64,000 nucleotides of DNA from NCBI GenBank assembly GCA_902574225.1, contig CACGMO010000005.1, positions 4,736-68,735 on the forward strand, in the 5' to 3' direction. A program made the translations under genes and the position numbers. Below, piece after piece: positions 19,275 to 29,096 of the stretch (position 1 is the stretch's first letter; each line of letters starts with the position of its first letter). This DNA comes from an uncultured Alphaproteobacteria bacterium (GTDB taxonomy: Bacteria > Pseudomonadota > Alphaproteobacteria > Rhodobacterales > Rhodobacteraceae). The notes beneath the pieces were generated by a model. It searched no databases and was not told the origin of the DNA. It worked only from the letters and a program-made list of their open reading frames with translations.

Positions 19275-22200
19275 TTGACGAGATCATTTATGGTGCAGGG
19301 AACAGACAGTTTAAACAGATTACTTCTGTTTTATATCTGTGGCTTTGCCTTTGTTTTGCTATCACAAATGCCAACCTATGCCCAGCAAGGATCATATTCC
19401 CCAATGGCGCAGCGGATATTAGACAATAACAGCTCTGCGACAGAATTAGGTAATCTGGATGTATTTAAATTTTCTATTAATGATATTTTAAATTCATCGG
19501 GGAATACAATTGAGAACGCATACGGCGAACCAACTATTTTTGGGCGTACCGACTATGGTAGTGAATTTACGCTTGCTAATGATCTGGAAACCTCGTTTTC
19601 GATAGAAATTCCTGCTTTTGTTATCGATGACTTGGCTGAAACTGATGCCGGTGAATATTTCCCTGTCATAAAGAATGGAGATAGCGATGAAGAGGACGGA
19701 ACTTACGTTAATACCTATGTTGATAATGCGCTAGGAACTCAAGTGACAGAATATTTCAATTCTGGGGCACCAAATAAAATTGAGACCGTATATGATTATG
19801 GTACAACAGAAATAGAATACCTTAATGATGATGGCATTGATGTAAAAGATCAAATTTTTGAAGACGGTTCAATTACAAAAACTTTTTTTATAGATGATGA
19901 GCTAAATGTTTTAGCAGAAACCCATGAAGGGAATGATGGATATACATCTACTTCCTATTCAGATCCTGATACAAATTACAATTTTTTTACTTCACTAAAT
20001 TCAGATGGTAGCACTTACAATTCTTATAGTGATGGTAATAATTCTGGGTTTTCTGAGAGTTTGTCTGCGACAGAAACTCAAATAGAGTCTAACTATTATG
20101 AAGAAGGGCTAAGTTTGAATACACAAACTAATGACAACGGCTCTCAAGAAATAAACTACTACGCTTTTGATGATTTTGGAAACTATAATAACATCGTTGA
20201 GATAAGAAACGAAACCGGTGAGGTTACGAGTTTACAATACTCCAACCAAGACAACCCAAACGCCGTGGAACTATTTCTGGAGAGTAGTAGCGATGATGGA
20301 GATACAGTAACAACGACCTATACCAGTAATGACGAGTCAGTAATTCTGGTTAAAACACAAACCTCGGAAGATATTACAATTTCTTACAATGACGTCGAGA
20401 TTTTCTCATTTTACCAAGAAAACAAGGATAATCTCGTGGACCTGGCTGCACCACTAATAAGTGCTGGAGAAAATGTTATTGCTGATGGAGAGACAACCGT
20501 CTCTGAAGCAAACAGTGCTACTAACCCAAATAGTCTTACCATTGATTTCAAAGATTTGTATGACAGCGAAAATGGGCAAGCAATAACTCCTGAAATGGGG
20601 TTCGTAAGGCTAAATAGTGAAGATGGCAACGAATATATAAATCTTTCTAATGGAGATATTGTAGAATTTTTTGTGAGGTCGACAGATACATATCTAAAGA
20701 ATCATAATAGTGAAGACTTATTTTTTATTGACAGACCAGTTCCAGAGGATCCGATCATTTCTGAGACAGATACTAGCGAGACGGAATACGGCACAGCCGA
20801 TAGTACATCTTCGGAAACTGATATAACAGTTGATGTTGGACAAGGGGAAGAGGCCGTTACACTACCAAGCGGCGAAATCAAAGTTTATGTGACAAGAGTA
20901 TATGTTCCAGCACCAGCTTCTAAGTTTCTTCCATCTCAGATAGTAATGCCTGTCAAAGCTGATGGCGATTATAATTACGAAATAGAGCCTGCTCCGGCAG
21001 AGACATTTCCCGATGAAGTAGAGGTTGTTGCAATACCAGAGGAGGAAGCAAAATTGGTTTCTGCGAAAGTTAAGCAGCTAAAAAAAGCAAAAGAAGCTCC
21101 CTCAAACCCAAGGCATGACGAAGATGCTCCACCAGCTATAGACCCGGGAATAGAAGCAATGATAAATTTAAATATTCTTCTAAATAACGTTCAAAAGGCT
21201 CCAGCAAAATTACTATCCGAAACGAAAAAAACTATTCAAAAGGAATTCCCAAACATATCTAATGAGTTGATAAATTTAATTATTAACATGGCTAATTCCG
21301 ATGAAAAATTTGAGCTTTTAAGAGATCCAAAGACTTTTCTAGATAAAGAGTTTTCAAAGGTAAGCACCCCTCAGGATTTAAATTCGATACTGAGTGCCGA
21401 CTTGTCTCAGAAAGAGCTAACAAAAATCTATAATATTTTACAATATAGATTTTCTTCAGAACTGACTGAATTTGGTTTTGAACCTCTAGAAAATCAGAAG
21501 GTTGAGTTCTCAAGCAATGTTACAAGCCCAGATCAAATTGTGGAGCAATTACAATTGCAGAACGATCTTCTGCCTGTCCTATCCTTACTTGCTGCAGAAA
21601 ACAAAAGTCAATCATTGGAAAGCCTTCTAAGAGATCCTTTGAAAAAAAAGTCAGATTCTTCTGAGGCACTGTTTGAATCCAGTCAAAGTCAAAAAATATT
21701 AGGTAAAATGAAGAACCTCTCAGAAGCTATTAATCTTATTAATAATGGGCCTAATGTTATCCCTACCAGTGAGGACAATCTCAACAATGACGTCCCAGTA
21801 ATAGAAGTAAATGTGGCAGTTGGCGAAAATATTGCAGAAGCATTAGAGAAAAAGCTTGCCGGAGATAAACGTTCGAATAGAGAATTTCAACCACGATCGC
21901 AAAGCGCTAAACTCGAAAAATTTAGCTTTAATATACCTCCACCAAACGATGATTCAACACCAACTGTATCACCACCCTTACTAGAAGATACGCCAAATAT
22001 AACAGGCCAAGAGCTTCAATTGGTAAGTGAAACAACAGAAGCAACTAATAATATTTTAGATCAGACTGTCGCTAACATGCTGAAGGAGCTTGGAGAAGAG
22101 ACACCAGATGAAAATACGGTACAGTTAGTTGCGGGGACGAATAATCTATTTCCAGCTGAACAAGAGGAATTGCAAACACGCGAAACCGTAGTTTTAAATA

Positions 22201-22280
22201 ACGCTTTATCTACAGTTCAACGATTAAAAGAGATCGAGGATATAAGAGCAATATTCCAAATATTAGGACTTGGATCCTAA
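19275..22280 (+). CDS. Large acidic secreted/surface protein of unknown function (about 1000 aa)
   Basis: Long uninterrupted ORF. Signal-peptide-like N-terminus (LLLFYICGFAFVLLSQMPTYAQQ). D/E/N/S/T/Y-rich N-terminal half and a helical L/K/E/Q-rich C-terminal half. No Cys after the signal. The ATG at 19290 is a likelier start than the TTG at 19275. Confidence 0.7.
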   Translation: MTRSFMVQGTDSLNRLLLFYICGFAFVLLSQMPTYAQQGSYSPMAQRILDNNSSATELGNLDVFKFSINDILNSSGNTIENAYGEPTIFGRTDYGSEFTLANDLETSFSIEIPAFVIDDLAETDAGEYFPVIKNGDSDEEDGTYVNTYVDNALGTQVTEYFNSGAPNKIETVYDYGTTEIEYLNDDGIDVKDQIFEDGSITKTFFIDDELNVLAETHEGNDGYTSTSYSDPDTNYNFFTSLNSDGSTYNSYSDGNNSGFSESLSATETQIESNYYEEGLSLNTQTNDNGSQEINYYAFDDFGNYNNIVEIRNETGEVTSLQYSNQDNPNAVELFLESSSDDGDTVTTTYTSNDESVILVKTQTSEDITISYNDVEIFSFYQENKDNLVDLAAPLISAGENVIADGETTVSEANSATNPNSLTIDFKDLYDSENGQAITPEMGFVRLNSEDGNEYINLSNGDIVEFFVRSTDTYLKNHNSEDLFFIDRPVPEDPIISETDTSETEYGTADSTSSETDITVDVGQGEEAVTLPSGEIKVYVTRVYVPAPASKFLPSQIVMPVKADGDYNYEIEPAPAETFPDEVEVVAIPEEEAKLVSAKVKQLKKAKEAPSNPRHDEDAPPAIDPGIEAMINLNILLNNVQKAPAKLLSETKKTIQKEFPNISNELINLIINMANSDEKFELLRDPKTFLDKEFSKVSTPQDLNSILSADLSQKELTKIYNILQYRFSSELTEFGFEPLENQKVEFSSNVTSPDQIVEQLQLQNDLLPVLSLLAAENKSQSLESLLRDPLKKKSDSSEALFESSQSQKILGKMKNLSEAINLINNGPNVIPTSEDNLNNDVPVIEVNVAVGENIAEALEKKLAGDKRSNREFQPRSQSAKLEKFSFNIPPPNDDSTPTVSPPLLEDTPNITGQELQLVSETTEATNNILDQTVANMLKELGEETPDENTVQLVAGTNNLFPAEQEELQTRETVVLNNALSTVQRLKEIEDIRAIFQILGLGS

Positions 22281-22282
22281 AC

Positions 22283-24169
22283 TCAATCCCATGTAAAAAT
22301 AAATTTGTCCAATACTTTCCCGATCTGCTTTGGGTCAATTTCCCTGTTTTTTTCTATTATAGCAGTCAAGCCCTTTTTAGGATGATCTATTACTTCATGG
22401 ACCCTACAAGAAAGTGCGGCCTTCTCCAAAGACTCGTTATAAACCCTGGTGATAGCTCTTTTTCTTAATTCAGGCTTGAAAATCTTACCGATAGGTGTCT
22501 TTGGCATTTCATCTACAAGCTCTAAATACTTTGGCACAGCAGCTTTCTCTCCGATGTTATCCTCTGCGTGCTTAATCAATTCATCTACCGGAACTTCTGA
22601 ACCCTTTATTAGTTCTACATAAGCACAAGGCAACTCCCCAGCTCTTGCATCAGGCTGACCTATTACGCCAACCATAGCAACGGCCGGGTGTGACGCAAGT
22701 GCCTCCTCTGCTAGGGCCGGATCTATGTTGTGACCACCCCTAATGATCAAGTCTTTTGCTCTACCAGTAATAAATAGGTATCCGTCCTCATCAATGTATC
22801 CTAAATCACCAGTTTTGAAAAAATCTTTTTTGTAATAAAGGTTCTTATTCTTTTCGGCATCGGTGTATGTATTTCCAGCAACAACACCGGGGTTAGCGAC
22901 ACAGATTTCTCCAGACTCTCCAGTTTTGCACTCTAATAAACTACCATTTGCACTTTCTTTGATAATTTTAATTTTTGTATACGGAAGAGGAATTCCTACA
23001 GAACCAACCTTTCTCTCACCTTCTATAGGGTTGACAGAGATATTGCATGTTGCTTCTGTCATACCATACCCTTCCGTAATTTTTATCCCTGTCGACGACT
23101 CAAACTTTTTGAACAGCTCTACAGGCAATGGAGCCGAACCACAAAGTGAGTACTTCAATGAAGATACATCAGCGTCTATTGGCCGCTGCATTAGTTCGGC
23201 AGCAGCTGTTGGAACTATACTCAGAAAAGCGGGCTTCCATCTTTCTACAAGTTTCCAAAAATTATCGAAAACACCATCTCCTCTATACCCCTGTGGTGTT
23301 ATGAATATAATGTGTGATCCGGTAGCAAGAGAGTTCATCAAATTAGGGTAAACGGCAAAAACATGAAACAATGGTAGAGGGCACAAAACTGAATCTTTCT
23401 CACTCCAATCTGTGAGCACAACATTCGTAACCCATCCTTGATACAGCATACCATTTTGTGTATGCTGGGCTAACTTAGGAGTTCCCGTTGTTCCTCCAGT
23501 GTGAAACATAGCGGCTGTTCTATCTTTATTATCATCTTTAAATGACAATGATGTCCCTGATTGGGACGCCAAAAGATCATCAAACGCAATTACTGTTGCT
23601 GAGTGCTTAGAAGACACTTTTGGTCTTATAAGAGGGGCTATCCAACTTTTTGGAAAACTGAGATATTTCACCAAATCAACTTCGACGAGATGCGACACGT
23701 CTGGACATTCTTCTAAGGCCTCTGCAACTTTTTGCGCCACGTCGGTTTTTGGAAGAGCTTTCATACTCACTACAACTTTAACACCAGCTAGTTTAAGAAT
23801 GCCAGCAATTTGCTTCGGTTCTAACAGTGGGCTTATGGGCACTACAACTCCCGCAGCTGTACCGGCTACAAATGTGACTACTGCTTCAGTGCAAATCGGT
23901 AGAATGTAGGCTATTTTATGCTCTGGCGAAACTCCAAGAGATTTAAACCCATTAGCGGCCTGTGTAACGCGTGCTAGTAGTTGACCCCAATTCAGTGTTT
24001 CTGCCTTTGCTTTTGGATCCGAGTCTAACTGAAAAGATACAGCTGGTTTGCCTTGATGCTTAGTTACTGTTCTCGAAAGCAACGCATAAACACTTTTTGC
24101 ATCAAGTCTTTTTTCAAAAGGCATCTCAGCTTCTATTTTTTCAGAGCTGGCTATTGAATTCCATTTCAT
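22283..24169 (-). CDS. AMP-forming acyl-CoA synthetase/ligase
   Basis: AMP-binding motifs MFHTGGTTGTPKLA, GYGMTEA, TGDLGYIDEDGYLFITGRAKDLIIRGGHNI. 628 aa. Confidence 0.9.
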   Translation of the reverse strand: MKWNSIASSEKIEAEMPFEKRLDAKSVYALLSRTVTKHQGKPAVSFQLDSDPKAKAETLNWGQLLARVTQAANGFKSLGVSPEHKIAYILPICTEAVVTFVAGTAAGVVVPISPLLEPKQIAGILKLAGVKVVVSMKALPKTDVAQKVAEALEECPDVSHLVEVDLVKYLSFPKSWIAPLIRPKVSSKHSATVIAFDDLLASQSGTSLSFKDDNKDRTAAMFHTGGTTGTPKLAQHTQNGMLYQGWVTNVVLTDWSEKDSVLCPLPLFHVFAVYPNLMNSLATGSHIIFITPQGYRGDGVFDNFWKLVERWKPAFLSIVPTAAAELMQRPIDADVSSLKYSLCGSAPLPVELFKKFESSTGIKITEGYGMTEATCNISVNPIEGERKVGSVGIPLPYTKIKIIKESANGSLLECKTGESGEICVANPGVVAGNTYTDAEKNKNLYYKKDFFKTGDLGYIDEDGYLFITGRAKDLIIRGGHNIDPALAEEALASHPAVAMVGVIGQPDARAGELPCAYVELIKGSEVPVDELIKHAEDNIGEKAAVPKYLELVDEMPKTPIGKIFKPELRKRAITRVYNESLEKAALSCRVHEVIDHPKKGLTAIIEKNREIDPKQIGKVLDKFIFTWD

Positions 24170-24238
24170 CAGTTATCCCCCATGAGTTGCAATATCTTAC
24201 GATTGAATAATATTGCTTTTAAAAAAAAACTTCAAGCA

Positions 24239-26014
24239 TTACAAAAATTGAAGATCAGCCAATTTTTTATACTTTTTATTATTTCTTATAAGTTCTTTGT
24301 GAGTGCCCTCATTCTCTATCTTCCCTTTCTCAAGAAAAAGAATCCTGTCTGCGTTTCTTACCGTTGAAAGCCGATGAGCAATAACAATGATAGTCTTGTT
24401 ACCAGAAATATTGTCTATGGCTGTTTTTATAGCATCTTCTGATATAGCATCAAGAGAGGAGGTTGCTTCATCAAGAAGAAGAATTGGAGAGTCTCTTAAT
24501 ATAGCTCGCGCTATAGCTATTCGTTGTTTTTGCCCGACCGAAATTAATAGTCCTCTTTCACCCAAGAGGGTACTATATCCTTCCGGAAGGTCGTTTATAA
24601 ACTCCTCTGCACAAGCTAGCTTCACTGCCTGCTCTACTTCTTCAATTGATGCTCCAACTCTCCCTATACGTATATTGTCTAATACTGATTTGGAAAAAAT
24701 GACTGGTTCTTGTGGCACATAGGCTATCTGTTGCCTTAGATGAGATTTAGAAATTTTATCAATTGGATAGGTATCTATTGAAATAGATCCTTTTATAGGA
24801 TCATATAGTCGCTGAATTAACTGAAAGAGAGTTGTTTTCCCTGCCCCTGAAAGACCTACGAGAGCAACCTTTTCGTTTTTGTTTATCGTAAGATTAGGAA
24901 TATCCAAGGCCGAAGTTTCTTTTCTCATAGGATACGAAAATTTAACGTTATTAAAAGTAATAGATCCATTTATTGGCGTTTTTATTGACATGGGGTTGGT
25001 AGGCTCCTTTACCGGATCCAATGTATTAAAAATATCTCCTATTCTATCCAAGGCACCTAAAAATTTACTAATCTCTCCATATGTTTCCGTGATGGCTCCA
25101 ACACTTACTCCAACAACTAGAGAATAAAGACAAAATTGAAGTAATTCCCCAATAGAAAAACTACCACTCTCAACATCCTTTAGACCTTCAAAAACAACAA
25201 AAGAAATAGCAAAAAAAACCAAGATAATAATTAAAAAAATCATAATTGATCTTGCAAAAACGCGAATTTTTGATTTGAGATAACTATCCTCAATTAATTC
25301 ATTATACTCTTTTACTGCTTGGTCTTGATAGCTATTTGTTTGCACTGTTGTTGCAGCGAAAATATATTCGGATGCGATACCTGCACTGTTGGCTAATTTG
25401 TCCTGTGTTTGACGGGTTAGCTTTCGTAAAAATCTTCCAAAGTATATCAAAGGGAAAACGATAAGTGGAATAATAAGAAGAGAAAATGATGCTAATTTTA
25501 TAGATGTCGAAAACATTAATACTATTCCCCCCAAGAAAAGTAATGTATTTCTTATAGCAAGAGATAGAGTAGATCCGGCGACGCTTTGCACAAGAGTTGT
25601 ATCTGCATTTATCCTAGACACCAAATCACCCGTCAAAGTTTTCTCAAAAAAATTTGGGCTTAAATTTATTATCTTTTCGAATAACTCCTGCCTTAGATCA
25701 GAGACTAATCGTTCTCCGAGTAATGTTACTAAAAAAAAGCGAATAGCCGTCCCTAGAGCTGCTACAACTACCAAAACACAACTTATGAAAAGATATTTTT
25801 GACCGGTTTCAACATTAAATGAATATCCATCAACAATGTAGCGTACCATTATGGGAATTGATAATGTTATAAGAACCGTAAAAAGCAGAAATATAAGAGC
25901 CCCCAAAGCCCAAAATAAGTGCGGAATAAAAATTAGTTTAAATAGCTGCTTCAACTGATGGGGTTGTAGATTTTGAAAATTTCTGTCTTTGTTATCCACT
26001 GTATTTGATCTCAT
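24239..26014 (-). CDS. ABC exporter, fused permease/ATPase (ABCB/MsbA-like)
   Basis: Six-TM N-domain. Walker A GLSGAGKTT, Walker B ILLLDEATSSLD, H-loop IAHRL. The signature region reads ISVGQKQR instead of LSGGQ. Confidence 0.9.
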   Translation of the reverse strand: MRSNTVDNKDRNFQNLQPHQLKQLFKLIFIPHLFWALGALIFLLFTVLITLSIPIMVRYIVDGYSFNVETGQKYLFISCVLVVVAALGTAIRFFLVTLLGERLVSDLRQELFEKIINLSPNFFEKTLTGDLVSRINADTTLVQSVAGSTLSLAIRNTLLFLGGIVLMFSTSIKLASFSLLIIPLIVFPLIYFGRFLRKLTRQTQDKLANSAGIASEYIFAATTVQTNSYQDQAVKEYNELIEDSYLKSKIRVFARSIMIFLIIILVFFAISFVVFEGLKDVESGSFSIGELLQFCLYSLVVGVSVGAITETYGEISKFLGALDRIGDIFNTLDPVKEPTNPMSIKTPINGSITFNNVKFSYPMRKETSALDIPNLTINKNEKVALVGLSGAGKTTLFQLIQRLYDPIKGSISIDTYPIDKISKSHLRQQIAYVPQEPVIFSKSVLDNIRIGRVGASIEEVEQAVKLACAEEFINDLPEGYSTLLGERGLLISVGQKQRIAIARAILRDSPILLLDEATSSLDAISEDAIKTAIDNISGNKTIIVIAHRLSTVRNADRILFLEKGKIENEGTHKELIRNNKKYKKLADLQFL

Positions 26015-26071
26015 TTCTCCAAAAAAAAAACACTCTTGGTTCGAGAAAAATATTGTTGGTATTAAACTTCG

Positions 26072-27337
26072 ATGTACCTAACGATAAATAGTAAAATAAT
26101 CCACAAATCCAAGATAATTCTGTTTGGGGATGATAATTTTAATTGTATGAAATTAAAAGTCATGATTTTGTTGAGTGATATGATAAATAAACCAATTCAC
26201 AATATTGAGATTTCAAAGTTCAAACGCAACCCCTATCCAGACCTACAGGAAATGCGTGATGTCAATCCTATCTGTTTCGTTCCACAGCTTAATGCAACAA
26301 TGATTTGTGATAGAGACTCAATATATGAATGTGAAAAGAATACAGATGTGTTTTCTTCCGTTCAGCCCAAAGGACTTATGACGGTCTTAATGGGACAGAA
26401 CATGATGCGAAAAGATGGAGAAGATCATTTGAGAGAAAGAAAAACAATATTTAAGACAATTTCTCCCAAAACTTCTAGGGACCACTGGAAAGACAAATTT
26501 GAGAATATCGCTGATAATTTAGTTAACAAAATTAAGGAATTAAAATATGGAGATCTGTTGACGCTCTATGCAAGAGAGCTATCTGCAGAATCTTTAAAAT
26601 TAGTTACTGGCCTAACAAACATGACGTCAAGTGAGATGGATAGAGTTAGTCAAGGTATGATCGACGGTTGTGCAAATTATATTGGCGATGAGGAGACCGA
26701 AGAATATTGTAATAATTGCACAGAAAGCATAGATGCACATATTAACGAAATGATTGGTAAAATACAGAGGAACTCTGATTTCTCTTTGTTGAGCACAATG
26801 TTGGAAGGTAACCTTAGCCTAAGTCAGATTAGTGCCAATATAAAGTTAGCGATTTCAGGGGGACAAAATGAACCGCGCGATGCAATAGCCGGATGTATAT
26901 GGGCTGCTTTAAATTTTGGGTTAAAAGAGCATTTACTTGAAAAGAATGATTGGGATCAATTGTTTAATGAATATTGTCGTTGGATGTCCCCTATTGGAAT
27001 GTCTCCAAGAGAAATAGCGAAAGATTTTGTATATAAAAATGTTGCCTTTAAAAAAGGAGACAGAGTTTTCCTTATGTTTTCTTCCGCCAACCGAGATGAA
27101 AAAGTGTTCTCTAATCCTGAAAATTTTGACTTAGAACGAGATTGTTCTAAATCTATACATTTTGGTGCTGGCCCCCACTTTTGTGCTGGTGCATCTATAG
27201 CGAGCACTATGATAAGCTTAGTAGCATTACCAAAACTGTTCTCTGCACTTCCTCAATTAAAATTGGTTAAAACAGAAAAGTACGAGTTTGAAGGTTGGGC
27301 ATTCAGAGGTATCACTTCTCTTGAGTGCGAATGGTAA
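26072..27337 (+). CDS. Cytochrome P450
   Basis: Heme-ligand loop FGAGPHFCAGASIA (FxxGxxxCxG), plus NPYP near the N-terminus. The true start is probably an internal Met (about 26147-26180), giving about 385-395 aa. Confidence 0.88.
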   Translation: MYLTINSKIIHKSKIILFGDDNFNCMKLKVMILLSDMINKPIHNIEISKFKRNPYPDLQEMRDVNPICFVPQLNATMICDRDSIYECEKNTDVFSSVQPKGLMTVLMGQNMMRKDGEDHLRERKTIFKTISPKTSRDHWKDKFENIADNLVNKIKELKYGDLLTLYARELSAESLKLVTGLTNMTSSEMDRVSQGMIDGCANYIGDEETEEYCNNCTESIDAHINEMIGKIQRNSDFSLLSTMLEGNLSLSQISANIKLAISGGQNEPRDAIAGCIWAALNFGLKEHLLEKNDWDQLFNEYCRWMSPIGMSPREIAKDFVYKNVAFKKGDRVFLMFSSANRDEKVFSNPENFDLERDCSKSIHFGAGPHFCAGASIASTMISLVALPKLFSALPQLKLVKTEKYEFEGWAFRGITSLECEW

Positions 27338-28236
27338 ATAAAATCAAAGAGCCATCTATAACTTCTAGAGACTCTTATCTTCTAGGTGCTCTTTTTTTAT
27401 TTCTCGAAATAGTAGTGGGAACTTCGATTGTTGCAATTATAAAATTCTTTTCGAATGATGTTTCTTTATTAATCGTATTAATGTTCCGGTACCTTTTCTG
27501 CTTACCAATATTGCTAATTGTTGGTCTAAAAATTGGCGGCACACATTATTTTAAAATAAAAAATAAAAAAGTAATGTCTCTTCGCAGTGTTGCTGGCTTA
27601 CTTGGATTATCCTTTTGGTATTTATCTGTAATTCATTTAGAAATAAGCAAAGCACTGGCTTTGTCACAAGTTATGCCAATTTTTATTTGTATCCTTTCAA
27701 TTCTTTTTCTAAGAGAAAAAGTAGGCATCTTTAGATGGACTGCCATACTTTTAGGCTTATCAGGTGCTGTGATAATAATAAATCCAGACTCTAACAACTG
27801 GTATAACATAGGCCTTCTTTATATTTTTCTAGGCACTCTTTTTGCCTCAATAATGTTTGTTGCACTGAGGAGGTTGGGTATGACTGAAAATCCAGTTGCA
27901 ACTGCATTTTGGTACAACTTATTTGGCTCATTTATATTCAGCCTATATTGCGTATCCACACTTACATTCGATAAGATTTCTCCGGAAATTTGGTTTATGC
28001 TCGTTATAATTGGGGTCATGGCAAGCGCACAACAAATTTTCATGGCTCTGAGCCATACTTATGCGTCAGCTTCGTCTCTTGCTCCTGTGCATTATACTAC
28101 TATTCCGCTAGGTGTACTTATAGGTGTAATAGTGTTTAGTGAAAAAATCGACCTGAACTTTTTGATTGGGACTTTTTGTGTTGTAGGCTCCACTCTATTT
28201 ATTCTCTATAGAGAACGAAAAAAATCTACTAGTTAG
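27325..28236 (+). CDS. EamA/DMT-family transporter
   Basis: 303-aa protein with about 10 TM helices and a two-fold EamA-like repeat. 13-nt overlap with the P450 stop. Confidence 0.8.
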   Translation: MRMVNKIKEPSITSRDSYLLGALFLFLEIVVGTSIVAIIKFFSNDVSLLIVLMFRYLFCLPILLIVGLKIGGTHYFKIKNKKVMSLRSVAGLLGLSFWYLSVIHLEISKALALSQVMPIFICILSILFLREKVGIFRWTAILLGLSGAVIIINPDSNNWYNIGLLYIFLGTLFASIMFVALRRLGMTENPVATAFWYNLFGSFIFSLYCVSTLTFDKISPEIWFMLVIIGVMASAQQIFMALSHTYASASSLAPVHYTTIPLGVLIGVIVFSEKIDLNFLIGTFCVVGSTLFILYRERKKSTS

Positions 28237-29077
28237 ATGACCTGTCATTAGTCCAATCGTATGTTCCATTATCTCTCTCTTTGACAGCTTTCTTCCAACC
28301 TTCTTGTTCTGACATTTTTTTAAAATTTAACCCTTCGCGAGAATGTCTCGAAATTCCATCAAAAATAGTTGCAAATTTTTGACTGTTCAGTAAGCCGGAT
28401 GCCTCGACAGCCTGATTTATCAATATTTTCTGCATCGCTAGCTGATTTTGAGGAACCGTAGTCATACGCATCGCAAAGCTTTCAACTTCATCATCAAGCT
28501 TATCCTTAGAGACCGCTTTTAGCACTAAACCAATTTTTTCTGCCTCTAGCCCGGAAATTTTATCCCCAGTAAATAACATTCTCTTAGCTTTTTCAGGACC
28601 AAGCCGATACACCCACATTGCAGTCGTCGGCGTACCCCATACCCTTGATGGCATATAACCTATTTGGGCATCATTTTCCATAAGTATAAAGTCACTGCAA
28701 AGAGCAATATCAGAGCCTCCTGCAAAAGCACCTATCCCATGAATTTTACATATTACTGGCTTTAGGCAATGAAATAATGACATAAAATGTTTGTTATTTT
28801 CCCACATAAACCTGTAATCTTTTATAGGATCCCATGGCATTTTTTGCGTTAATGGGTTGTCTTTTTCTTGAGCAAAAGCGTTTAGATCATACCCTGCGCA
28901 GAAGGCTTCTCCCCTGCCGGCAAGTACAATCACATGAACCTCGTCGTTTTCGTCAGCTTCCCTTACAGCTTTAGATAGAAAATAGGGAACTTCGGTATCT
29001 ATCGCGTTAAGTACCTTCGGCCTATTTAGGTAGATGCGTGCTATCTTGCCATCTATTTCTAGTTCAACTTTGTCCAA
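28229..29077 (-). CDS. Enoyl-CoA hydratase/isomerase (crotonase) family protein
   Basis: RPKVLNAI, VIVLAGRGEAFCAGYDL, GIGAFAGGSDIAL oxyanion-hole pattern. 282 aa. Confidence 0.88.
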   Translation of the reverse strand: MDKVELEIDGKIARIYLNRPKVLNAIDTEVPYFLSKAVREADENDEVHVIVLAGRGEAFCAGYDLNAFAQEKDNPLTQKMPWDPIKDYRFMWENNKHFMSLFHCLKPVICKIHGIGAFAGGSDIALCSDFILMENDAQIGYMPSRVWGTPTTAMWVYRLGPEKAKRMLFTGDKISGLEAEKIGLVLKAVSKDKLDDEVESFAMRMTTVPQNQLAMQKILINQAVEASGLLNSQKFATIFDGISRHSREGLNFKKMSEQEGWKKAVKERDNGTYDWTNDRSSN

Positions 29078-29096
29078 TTATTTACCTTAAAAGGTT

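Noticed and set aside
19700-20400. YD-repeat/RHS-like assignment for the N-terminal half of the 1001-aa protein.
   Set aside because: There is only a loose Y-x-(D/N)-G periodicity. No canonical GxxxxYxYDxxGRL repeats, no RHS core and no C-terminal toxin/immunity arrangement are present. I kept it as a descriptive remark only.
22283-29077. The acyl-CoA synthetase, crotonase and P450 as a DSF-type (RpfB/RpfF) signalling set, a DMSP-demethylation (DmdB/DmdD) set, or a biosynthetic gene cluster.
   Set aside because: The genes are on different strands, are not adjacent, and carry only generic family motifs. No acyl-CoA dehydrogenase, DmdA, PKS/NRPS or sensor is present. The evidence is insufficient by eye.
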